Virus record (IMG/VR): IMGVR_UViG_3300035701_000017
Origin: an uncultured virus (IMG/VR IMGVR_UViG_3300035701_000017)
Taxonomy: Duplodnaviria > Heunggongvirae > Uroviricota > Caudoviricetes
DNA length: 20,000 nucleotides
Direction: 5' to 3' (one strand)
Shown: positions 1-7,891 of the stretch, one piece after another
Layout of the letters: each line of letters starts with the position of its first letter
Position numbering within the stretch: position 1 is the stretch's first letter
Translations under genes and position numbers: made by a program
Notes under the pieces: generated by a model
Databases searched by the model: none
Told to the model about the DNA's origin: nothing
The model's input: only the letters and a program-made list of their open reading frames with translations

Positions 1-28
1 CTCTTGTCATTATAGGAGTAGCTAACAT
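1..28 (-). CDS. Probable start of the next gene (MLATPIMTR...), running off the window edge
   Basis: ATG at 28-26 directly follows the TAA of the 29..478 ORF (TAAATG); only 9 codons are visible. Confidence 0.4.
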
Positions 29-478
29 TTACGATACCGTCACTGTTATTTTTTTTGTTTCAAATGCACCAAATTTTGCATACACATCAGTAGACCCAGC
101 AATATTTGCAGTCACTAAACCGTTTACAACTGTTACAACATTGTTGTTCGGATCTAATAACCATTCTGCATTTGCTGAAACATCCTGATTTTGTCCAGTC
201 TTATTGCGACACAAAAAAGCATTCAATTGAATTTGTTCATCTGGTATAACACTATCACCTAAAAATAAAGTAATACTGTCAGTGGCACCATACAATATTA
301 AAGCACTTGGCTGATTACTAAATTGAGATATAATTAGTGTTTTTGCTTGATTAAAAGTTAACTCAGATTTTTCAACAAAACTATCATAATCATGATAAGC
401 TTGTGATAATAAATCTTGAGAAATTCTTAATCTATTTTTCTCATCAAAAAATCTAGCAGCGATTGTACAATTTTCCAT
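29..478 (-). CDS. Hypothetical virion protein with C-terminal Ig-like (Big_2-type) domain
   Basis: 149-aa ORF with AAGGAG RBS upstream. The C-terminus (DVSANAEW...VVTVVNGLVTANIAGSTDVYAKFG...ITVTVS) matches the bacterial Ig-like group 2 pattern. Confidence 0.7.
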   Translation of the reverse strand: MENCTIAARFFDEKNRLRISQDLLSQAYHDYDSFVEKSELTFNQAKTLIISQFSNQPSALILYGATDSITLFLGDSVIPDEQIQLNAFLCRNKTGQNQDVSANAEWLLDPNNNVVTVVNGLVTANIAGSTDVYAKFGAFETKKITVTVS

Positions 479-516
479 ATATTTCTCCTTTTGCTATATA
501 TACACTTATCAAAAAA

Positions 517-3291
517 TTAAAAAAGCGAGTTTTCAAAATTTAACGCTCGTCCCTTTTCATCATTTCTACCAGGACCCTTATCAGTCCTCAATCTATCATT
601 CTCAACTATCTCTCCATCAACTATAATAGGATCTTCAGTATAATGAGCATGAGATTTTCTTAATCCTATATTATGCTTATAATTAAATAAATTTAATGAT
701 GTAACAAACTCATATCTTATATCAGTTGAATCAACATACTCAACATCAAAATGTTGTTGAGTAGCTATGCCTTTAACATCAGGCGTAGATATAGGTCCAA
801 TAGCATAAACTTGAGCTTTTCTTCTTATAATAAAGTCTCTTTGAGTTATAGTTGGCGATATAGTTGTCCATGTCTTTTCCATGTTTTCTAATTTCATACC
901 TCGTTCAGTCATACGAATTTTTTGTTCAGACTGAAACGGTGATATCCTAATTTCAAACGGCCCTTCATATCCTCCAACAAATCCAGTGCCCCAACAAAGC
1001 TTACATGAACCAACTTGAGGCTGAACATGTGTACGTTCATTTCTTTTATAACATTCACATTTTGTTCCAGTAGTTTTTCTAATAAATAATAATACTCTTT
1101 CGCCTGCATTATCAAGTAACCAATTATTTCTTCTTATTGCTTCTAAATACATATAATCCAACTTTTCAGCGGATAAAGTTTCAGCCGGACACCACTCAAG
1201 TCTTGTTTCACTACCATCTTCTAATATAGCTGTAACTTTATAATATGGAAAACTTGAAAGATTCATTTTTAATGTATTAATTTCGTACATATACGACACA
1301 GTAACAATTGAACTAATCGTCGGCACAACTGGTTCAACCCACAATTTTCTAACTTCATCATATTGCCTGTCAATTTGTAATACCACTCGACCTTTCAAAC
1401 CATCAACAGACTTCACAATTGCACTTTTACCATCAACTATTACGTCAACATCAAAAGTTTGATCTGTATACAATCTATTAGTTCTATTAGTTACAATCGG
1501 CGCATGTCTAACATCAAACCAATACTCATTTCTCTCATTTTTAATTAACGGCAAATAAGCTTTTCCTACATTAACATTGAAATACAAAAATTTAACATTT
1601 ACACTTGTATTAGGACTCTTATTATAAAACTTAACTTGTAAATTATCTTTTGAAAAATTAAGATATGAATCTAATAACACCCAAGTAGAACCATCATTAT
1701 AATAAGTTGAAACATCAGTCGTTGATCTAATTATTCGTATTTTAGCTTTCATATCTGAATTTAAAACTTCAACTCTACTTACTTCCTGTGAATCCACAAC
1801 TAATGAACTAACATAATAATCAGTAGCTTCACGTCTAACTTTTGATAACTTAACATACGAAAACTCACTATATGAAACTATAAATGACATCTCAGAAAAA
1901 TTTATTGAATCAGTTATCGGCCATTCAACTAGCTCATATTGCGTCTCAATATCAAAATCATTCTTCAATATAAACTTAGACTGAAAATAACAATCTTTAT
2001 AACCATATACATCAATAAAATTTATACCATTAGACTGACTAAATAATCGATCATCATCAATAGCTTCCCATTGATTAGCATTTACAATTTCACCTGTAAA
2101 ATCAGTACTTACTTCAACTGGTGTTGACACTCTAAATTGATCTGACACATTTTCTTTAACGACTATTGTATTTAATTTTTGATCTCTATAAAAAGTAGTT
2201 GTTACTAGTGTTTTATTTATTTTAACAAAAGTTTTATCACTTTTTGAATAAACATCATTTGACGTTAACACATCATGTGAAACTATATTTTGCAATGATT
2301 GCTCATCAGTTTGAGATCTGTAAATATTATAACCAACAACATCATCGCGCATTTGCATCATATCATCCCAACAAATATCTGCTGTATACTTAATATATGG
2401 AAAACTAACAAAAACATTTGTTGGCACTATATTATTTTCAAGTGGGTAAATAGTATACGACTGAGTCTTTACTATCTCTTGATTACCAAACTCATCAACT
2501 GCAAAATATTTTAATACAACGTTATCAATAATTGCTAAAACTACCGGTGAAGCATCTTTATCTGTATAATGATTAATAGTTGGCGTTGACCCATCAAGAG
2601 TATAATAGATAGTTGCAGGCTTACTTGATGTCAACGTCACAAATTTTTCTTCATTATAATTTCCGCCACCAACACTTGCAGTTGTCACAGGCGTCACATT
2701 ATCATTTACATAAGTGTCAAATGAATATAATTCAACATGAACAATATCAGAATTATCATCTTCATCAATACCAAAAAACTTTAATGTTGTATTCTGTAAT
2801 ATAACTATTGGTACAGTATATTGAGTTGAAGCATTTGTTGGATATGAACCATCAACTGTATAATAAATTGTTGTATTTGGTTTACTACTAATTAATGCAA
2901 CTGATTGTTGTGAATTATATGTGGATCCTTTTGGATTTGCAATTACGACAGGCAATATTGTATCATTAACAATAATCGTAAAACTATAATTGTCAGTGTA
3001 TTGCTGAGATGCATTATCATTAACTGAAATCAAAACATCTATTATTTGCCCTCTAGTAAATATTGTAATATGTTGAATATAAACATCATATCCTCTAGCA
3101 TTATTGTTTATTGCACCTGAAAAATTTGTTTGAAATACACCGTTAATAATAGCATCAACACCATCAACTTTCACATTAATAGTATTTCTATTTGCAATAG
3201 ATGTTTCATTGCGTATTTCAAAATAAATAGGAGCAGTTCTTGATACTCCCGCTGTATCTTTTTCTGGTGAATAACCTTGAAATACTATCAT
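517..3291 (-). CDS. Large putative virion neck/head-completion protein with N-terminal Ig-like, two chitobiase/Fn3-associated and FN3-like domains
   Basis: 924 aa. Two repeats of TIYYT(V/L)DGS.PT...LK.F..D..N (CHB_HEX_C/Fn3_assoc-like) and an FN3-like W...VVGYNIYRS motif. The C-terminal GERVLLFIRKTTGTKCEC...CKLCWGTGFVGGYEGP resembles neck/head-closure proteins of large phages (recognition, not searched). Confidence 0.6.
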   Translation of the reverse strand: MIVFQGYSPEKDTAGVSRTAPIYFEIRNETSIANRNTINVKVDGVDAIINGVFQTNFSGAINNNARGYDVYIQHITIFTRGQIIDVLISVNDNASQQYTDNYSFTIIVNDTILPVVIANPKGSTYNSQQSVALISSKPNTTIYYTVDGSYPTNASTQYTVPIVILQNTTLKFFGIDEDDNSDIVHVELYSFDTYVNDNVTPVTTASVGGGNYNEEKFVTLTSSKPATIYYTLDGSTPTINHYTDKDASPVVLAIIDNVVLKYFAVDEFGNQEIVKTQSYTIYPLENNIVPTNVFVSFPYIKYTADICWDDMMQMRDDVVGYNIYRSQTDEQSLQNIVSHDVLTSNDVYSKSDKTFVKINKTLVTTTFYRDQKLNTIVVKENVSDQFRVSTPVEVSTDFTGEIVNANQWEAIDDDRLFSQSNGINFIDVYGYKDCYFQSKFILKNDFDIETQYELVEWPITDSINFSEMSFIVSYSEFSYVKLSKVRREATDYYVSSLVVDSQEVSRVEVLNSDMKAKIRIIRSTTDVSTYYNDGSTWVLLDSYLNFSKDNLQVKFYNKSPNTSVNVKFLYFNVNVGKAYLPLIKNERNEYWFDVRHAPIVTNRTNRLYTDQTFDVDVIVDGKSAIVKSVDGLKGRVVLQIDRQYDEVRKLWVEPVVPTISSIVTVSYMYEINTLKMNLSSFPYYKVTAILEDGSETRLEWCPAETLSAEKLDYMYLEAIRRNNWLLDNAGERVLLFIRKTTGTKCECYKRNERTHVQPQVGSCKLCWGTGFVGGYEGPFEIRISPFQSEQKIRMTERGMKLENMEKTWTTISPTITQRDFIIRRKAQVYAIGPISTPDVKGIATQQHFDVEYVDSTDIRYEFVTSLNLFNYKHNIGLRKSHAHYTEDPIIVDGEIVENDRLRTDKGPGRNDEKGRALNFENSLF

Positions 3292-3686
3292 TTATTTACC
3301 TCAATCACTACTTGACTAATTATTTTGTCGTCATCATTAAGTAAAAGCGTGTTCAAATAATCTTTAATCTTTAACCAATTTATTTCACACATTGCTCTAT
3401 TATCAATGTACATATCAGCATATATCTTTGGTGATGTTTCAAAATCTAAAAAGTCAGCATTTTCATTTATAGCATGAAACACAATTGCATTTTTATTTAA
3501 AAAATCCATTGCATTTTGCAAACACTTTTCATTTCTACATGTCCACAAAATAACATAAAACTTATCATACATCCAATTAATCACTTCTTTAGCATTTGGC
3601 ATCAACTCAAACTCAGTTGCTAAATATGCCTTATCAAGTTCTTTTACTAGCGTTCCGTCAAAATCAACAGCTATTATTTTTTTCAT
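3288..3686 (-). CDS. HAD-superfamily hydrolase/phosphatase (capless, BT0820-like)
   Basis: Motif I IAVDFDGTL, motif II ILWTCR, and C-terminal KIYADMYIDNRA. ATGA overlaps with both neighbours. Confidence 0.85.
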   Translation of the reverse strand: MKKIIAVDFDGTLVKELDKAYLATEFELMPNAKEVINWMYDKFYVILWTCRNEKCLQNAMDFLNKNAIVFHAINENADFLDFETSPKIYADMYIDNRAMCEINWLKIKDYLNTLLLNDDDKIISQVVIEVNK

Positions 3687-4189
3687 AAAACTTTTATCTC
3701 ACAAGGTTCTTTCTTTTTACCTTTAAATACCCAATCTTTAAAATCATCCATTGAAAGCTGAACTATTGAATCTAAACCTTTCCAATTTTTATCATAATTA
3801 GCAAGATATGCTTTTCTTGCTTTATCTTCAGTCTCAAATCCTAACATCACTTTATGTTCATCAAATCTTTTATTCTCAGGATTAACTTGATTAACAACAA
3901 ATACTGGCAAACCTTTTTTTGCATTTGTGTTAAGAAAAACGTCAACATGATCTTTATCTTTACCTTCGGTACCTTTTATATAGCCATAATGATGTTTAAG
4001 CACATTTGACCATTCTTTTCCATCTCTAGATACTCCACTCCTTGTTGATCCTTTTGGATTTTCAATAGAAATGTCAAGACCTTCAAACTTACGATGCTGT
4101 TTTTTATAATTACCGGCATCTTTCTGAGCGTCTGACAATTCTTTTGCAATTTTTAAAAAATCTGCTTGAATAATACTTAAATATTTCAT
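3683..4189 (-). CDS. Inorganic pyrophosphatase-like (InPase) domain protein of the phage/polyvalent-protein type
   Basis: GNYKK...GLDISIENPKGSTRSG...HYGYIKGTEGKDKDHVDVF...VVNQ...FDEHKVMLGF...AYLANY..W.G is the characteristic InPase-domain pattern. Confidence 0.85.
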   Translation of the reverse strand: MKYLSIIQADFLKIAKELSDAQKDAGNYKKQHRKFEGLDISIENPKGSTRSGVSRDGKEWSNVLKHHYGYIKGTEGKDKDHVDVFLNTNAKKGLPVFVVNQVNPENKRFDEHKVMLGFETEDKARKAYLANYDKNWKGLDSIVQLSMDDFKDWVFKGKKKEPCEIKVL

Positions 4190-5514
4190 ACTTTCTCCAT
4201 TATAAAACTTAACTTTTCATTTAATTCAATAAAACACTTTTCAGGATCATCATTAAAATGCACTTTAATCGGCTCAACTATTTTATACTTTAAATTTAAC
4301 CGTTTATATAATGATAATTTCCCGCACCAATCAATATCATCTTTTCTTCTCAAACCATCCATCTCTATATGCAAATCAAAATCAGGCAAATATTGATCAG
4401 CATGCTTTAAAGATTCTCCTATCCTTTTCTGAGGTATATGCCTAATATTCTTTGATATTAACCACTCTTCTAAATCTTGCTCATTCAATGACCACCACTT
4501 ATGACCATCAGAAGAAATGCCATAATAGCCATAATGTTTCTTTTTATTAAATTCTACTACTTTTTTATTTTTCTTTGGTTTGCAATCTAAACAAATATAT
4601 CTTCTGGATTTTGCACTTACTTTAAATTCATTATGACATTTTGAGCATTTTCTATATGAGCAATTGTCACTTTTAACATATATTTTAAGCTCGTCTTTTT
4701 TGCTATTACAATCTTCACAGGACATAAATGTCGCGTATGGATCTTTAACAATTATATCTTTACCACAAATTTTACAATGTCTAGTATAATCTATTAAATA
4801 TTTTGGATCTTTTAAGCAATTTGAACAAGTATAATGTCGTTTTTTTAAATCTCTTTCAACTTCTTCTTTAGTACCACAATATTGACAAGTTCTATAATGT
4901 TTTCTATCAAAATAACTAAGCTTTTTTAATCTTTTATTATCTTCTTTTTTCTGTTTACATTCTTTACAATATAAAACTGTTGCATGTCCTGCAGTCTCAA
5001 TATCTTTTGAACATTCTAAACATTTTCTAATAAAAACTTTAACTTCATTTTTCAGTTCTTGTTTTTTATCTTCACATTCTTTACAATTAATGACTGTTGC
5101 AAATCTATTAATTGTTTCTACATCTTTACCGCACGTCTTGCAATGTCTAGTATAAACTTTTTGAGATAATTTTATTTTTTCTATTTCTTCATTTTCTTCT
5201 CGTTTACAATCAAAACATACAGTCGTATTTCCAGCAGGAAATTTATCCCTATGTAATATTTGTTTACATCTACTGCATGCAGTATGAGTTTTATTAAATT
5301 GTACCTTATCTTTACATTCAGAACAATGATAAGCTCTTGAACTGGGATCCTTCTTAAATTCTTTTCCACAATTAGTGCATATATTTGTCGACTTCTCTTG
5401 CAATCTTTTCTGTCTTTGCTTCTCTTCACACTCATCACATTTAAAATAAGTACAATACTTTTCTACTTCAACTTCTTTTCCACAATCTTTGCATTTGTAA
5501 TTAAATAAAGTCAT
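4186..5514 (-). CDS. Free-standing putative homing endonuclease: tandem Zn-ribbon array plus C-terminal PD-(D/E)XK (DUF559/Vsr-like) nuclease domain
   Basis: 16 CxxC motifs (8 pairs) in the first ~310 aa. C-terminal DGHKWWSLNEQDLEEWL...ADQYLPDFDLHIEMDG resembles the S..E...D...IE.DG nuclease core. Confidence 0.7.
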   Translation of the reverse strand: MTLFNYKCKDCGKEVEVEKYCTYFKCDECEEKQRQKRLQEKSTNICTNCGKEFKKDPSSRAYHCSECKDKVQFNKTHTACSRCKQILHRDKFPAGNTTVCFDCKREENEEIEKIKLSQKVYTRHCKTCGKDVETINRFATVINCKECEDKKQELKNEVKVFIRKCLECSKDIETAGHATVLYCKECKQKKEDNKRLKKLSYFDRKHYRTCQYCGTKEEVERDLKKRHYTCSNCLKDPKYLIDYTRHCKICGKDIIVKDPYATFMSCEDCNSKKDELKIYVKSDNCSYRKCSKCHNEFKVSAKSRRYICLDCKPKKNKKVVEFNKKKHYGYYGISSDGHKWWSLNEQDLEEWLISKNIRHIPQKRIGESLKHADQYLPDFDLHIEMDGLRRKDDIDWCGKLSLYKRLNLKYKIVEPIKVHFNDDPEKCFIELNEKLSFIMEKV

Positions 5515-5516
5515 AC

Positions 5517-5573
5517 ATTCATCCTTTCATGGTTTATAATATTTTAAAATATTATGCCTTAAGCAGGATGAAT
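5517..5573 (-). promoter_or_regulatory. Predicted mRNA hairpin sequestering the RBS of the endonuclease gene
   Basis: Perfect 9-bp inverted repeat attcatcct (5517-5525) / aggatgaat (5565-5573) flanking a perfect 20-bp palindrome ataatattttaaaatattat (5536-5555). On the minus-strand mRNA the 3' arm is AGGAUGAAU, 2 nt before the AUG at 5514. Confidence 0.6.
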
Positions 5574-5589
5574 TTACGCGACACGCAAA

Positions 5590-6888
5590 TTAGCCCATCT
5601 GAATTCTATTGAATCGTGACCCAGTCCATCTCTTAATGCTCTGGCCTGACGTGTTGTGCACTACGATATTATTTGCTATGTAATTGCAGTACGACGGCCT
5701 CATTTGCAAGTCGTAAGTCTCAAATTTTCCAGAATAATCAATATCAATAATTTTTGCTAATTTCAATACATTTTTATTATTTTTAACCCATATTTTCTCA
5801 TTTAAATCTAAATCCTGTAACATTACTTCACTATTGTCATCATAAAAGAATTTATGAGTCTTTGTGCATTCAATTTCATAATCTTTACTCAATTTTATCT
5901 TATATAAGTCCTGTTTTCCATTGCTCCAAATTGCCATCACATCATTTACAAACAATTTATTTGTTGCAAGATCCATAGAGAGACTATGTGTCATCTTTTT
6001 ATTATATGCTTCCTCAATTGTAATGTCTTGATTAAGATTTGTGTCTCGTACACGCGAGCATGCACGAATGCACCAAGGACCTAACGACGCGCCTCTAGAA
6101 TATGTGTACCTATCCTGCCGGAGTCCGACAATGCATTTTACTCTCTTTTTTGCCATTTCTAATTGTTTATCTATAGTCGATTGCATCTGATTCGCTAAAC
6201 CAGAGTACTTGTCTGAACGTCTAATGTCTAAACTAACACCTGCAAGCGAATAATTGAATTCTTCTCCAGCCCATAAAATTGCTAGATCATATAGTGCGTA
6301 TACTTGAGCTTCCATTAGCATTAATGGCTCCCAAGCTGCTGGAAATGACATTAATTCGTATTCTGTTGCAGGTGGCCATAAATTTATATAATTTGATGCA
6401 TCTTCTAAATGATTTGCTAATTGATCGTCAGGCCATTTATAACCCCGAGTCTCTGTAAAACCGGCGATTTCTTGTTCAGAAGATGGAGGACTAAAACTGT
6501 TCGAAACCACTATCTGTGATGCTAAAACAAAGTTTTGATTATCTTTAACAGATAAATCATACATGTATTGTTTGGAATCAATTTTTTCAATTGTAGCATT
6601 TAATAATTTCGAGTTGTTGTTAATTATGCATATAAAATTGTTAGATTCAATAGGCTTAACTTTTTTAATTTCATTACTTTGAAATGTATATAGACTATGA
6701 TCTTCTGTTACAATCACACTTTTATTATTTTCAAACGTCACTTTATAAATATCTTTTAATACTGTAATATGTTCAAAGACATCAATAATTGGTTTATATT
6801 CAACAGTGCCAATGTTATTAATGGATTTAATTAATAATGCTTTATTATTAAAACAATCTTTTATTTTTTTAATTTTATTATCAAGCAT
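5590..6888 (-). CDS. C-terminal half of fractured putative head-tail adaptor/neck gene: IntC (130 aa) + extein (142 aa) + cis mini-intein (140 aa) + extein (20 aa)
   Basis: ATG at 6888 has AAGGAG 7 nt upstream (preferred over the TTG at 6933). Contains two sets of intein block B and F/G motifs. The extein WPDDQLANHLEDA...ALYDLA...AGVSLDI is helical and adaptor-like. Confidence 0.8.
   Translation of the reverse strand: MLDNKIKKIKDCFNNKALLIKSINNIGTVEYKPIIDVFEHITVLKDIYKVTFENNKSVIVTEDHSLYTFQSNEIKKVKPIESNNFICIINNNSKLLNATIEKIDSKQYMYDLSVKDNQNFVLASQIVVSNSFSPPSSEQEIAGFTETRGYKWPDDQLANHLEDASNYINLWPPATEYELMSFPAAWEPLMLMEAQVYALYDLAILWAGEEFNYSLAGVSLDIRRSDKYSGLANQMQSTIDKQLEMAKKRVKCIVGLRQDRYTYSRGASLGPWCIRACSRVRDTNLNQDITIEEAYNKKMTHSLSMDLATNKLFVNDVMAIWSNGKQDLYKIKLSKDYEIECTKTHKFFYDDNSEVMLQDLDLNEKIWVKNNKNVLKLAKIIDIDYSGKFETYDLQMRPSYCNYIANNIVVHNTSGQSIKRWTGSRFNRIQMG
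5653..6072 (-). mobile_element. Contiguous mini-intein (140 aa, Cys1 ... His-Asn / Thr+1), no endonuclease domain
   Basis: W|CIRACSRVRD (block A), IECTKTHKFF (block B TxxH), ETYDLQM...NYIANNIVVHN|T (blocks F/G). Confidence 0.92.
6499..6888 (-). mobile_element. C-terminal fragment (IntC, 130 aa) of an atypically split intein
   Basis: No block A. Has IYKVTFENNKSVIVTEDHSLY (block B) and MYDLSVKDNQNFVLASQIVVSN|S (blocks F/G, terminal Asn, Ser+1). Confidence 0.88.
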
Positions 6889-7017
6889 ATACTGTCTCCT
6901 TACGTGCGTTAATATTTTGTAAAATTTTATCAACGCATGATATGATATTATTATTGATTTCCTTTTCCCAAAATCTTAATACAATCCATCCTCTATTAGT
7001 AAGATATGTGGTTTTGC

Positions 7018-7098
7018 ATTTATCTTTTGACAATCTCTTTTTACAACGTTTACATTTAATAGTGTTTCTACAATAGTCACAAATTCTTCCTTTATTGT
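7018..7098. repeat. 81-bp exact direct repeat, copy A (out of context)
   Basis: atttatcttttgacaatc...ttcttcctttattgt is identical to 7544-7624. Confidence 0.95.
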
Positions 7099-7543
7099 AT
7101 AAAATCCTTTATCTTGCAATATTTTAAATAATTTAATTGCTATACTTGAAATATATGATTGGCCACTGATGCCACATAATGATGATGAAATTTTCATTCT
7201 ATTTCTATAAAATTCAGAATATATAGCATCTTTACTATATTCATTAACAAATTCTTGATACGTCATTTTAAAATATTTTTTTATATGCGATGCAACCATA
7301 AGTTCAACTTCTCTTTTACACTTAGAACATTTAATTTTATTGCCTGTAATTTTATTATTTTCAATTTCAATGCATTCGTTGCATATAAATCTTTCAGGAT
7401 GTTTAAATTATATCTTTTAATCACAATAACTTCTTTATTGCACTTTATACAAATGATATGTCTTTGTTTTCTATTATCTCTTGCTATCTGTTTATTTTTA
7501 ATTGCAATATTTAGACAATCATTACAAACTAAACTATTAGTAA

Positions 7544-7624
7544 ATTTATCTTTTGACAATCTCTTTTTACAACGTTTACATTTAATAGTGTTTCTACAAT
7601 AGTCACAAATTCTTCCTTTATTGT
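7544..7624. repeat. 81-bp exact direct repeat, copy B (native; encodes NKGRICDYCRNTIKCKRCKKRLSKDK)
   Basis: Identical to 7018-7098; copies are 526 bp apart. Confidence 0.95.
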
Positions 7625-7891
7625 TTGTTTCACTATTGCAATATCTACAATGACAAACGTTCATTCTCTTTTTTATACTCTTAACTACTTGTCTTCTTTT
7701 TGATTGACATTCATTACATATTTTCATTCCATAATTAAATTCAGACTCTTTAATTTTTAGTTGATTACACTTTTTGCATAATTTTAATCTATTCTTTCGT
7801 TTGTCTTTACAAAAATTACAAATCTGATTTTTCCCACTAAATTCATTAATTGTCTTTAATTGATTACATTTTTTGCATTTCTTTTCCATTT

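Larger units (their letters stand above)
6881..7889 (-). pseudogene. Disrupted Zn-ribbon + Vsr/DUF559-like homing endonuclease between the split-intein halves (three reading-frame segments)
   Basis: Segment 1 (7889-~7404): nine CxxC motifs. Segment 2 (-1 frame, ~7407-7099): KHPERFICNEC...CSKCKREVELMVASHIKKYFKMTYQEF...SSIAIKLFKILQDKGF. Segment 3 (another -1 shift, to TGA at 6883-6881): KDKCKTTYLTNRGWIVLRFWEKEINNNIISCVDKI, the typical DUF559/Vsr C-terminus. The catalytic middle is missing. Confidence 0.78.

Noticed and set aside
6889..6933. TTG start at 6933 given in the ORF track
   Set aside because: ATG at 6888 has AAGGAG at proper spacing, and the extra 15 codons overlap the endonuclease relic's C-terminus.
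6976..7299. 107-aa ORF as an independent gene
   Set aside because: It is the middle segment of the disrupted endonuclease, and its last ~40 aa are out-of-frame translation of the duplicated segment and beyond.
7018..7624. 81-bp repeat pair as a diversity-generating retroelement TR/VR
   Set aside because: Copies are identical with no adenine-specific mismatches, and no reverse transcriptase is present in the window.
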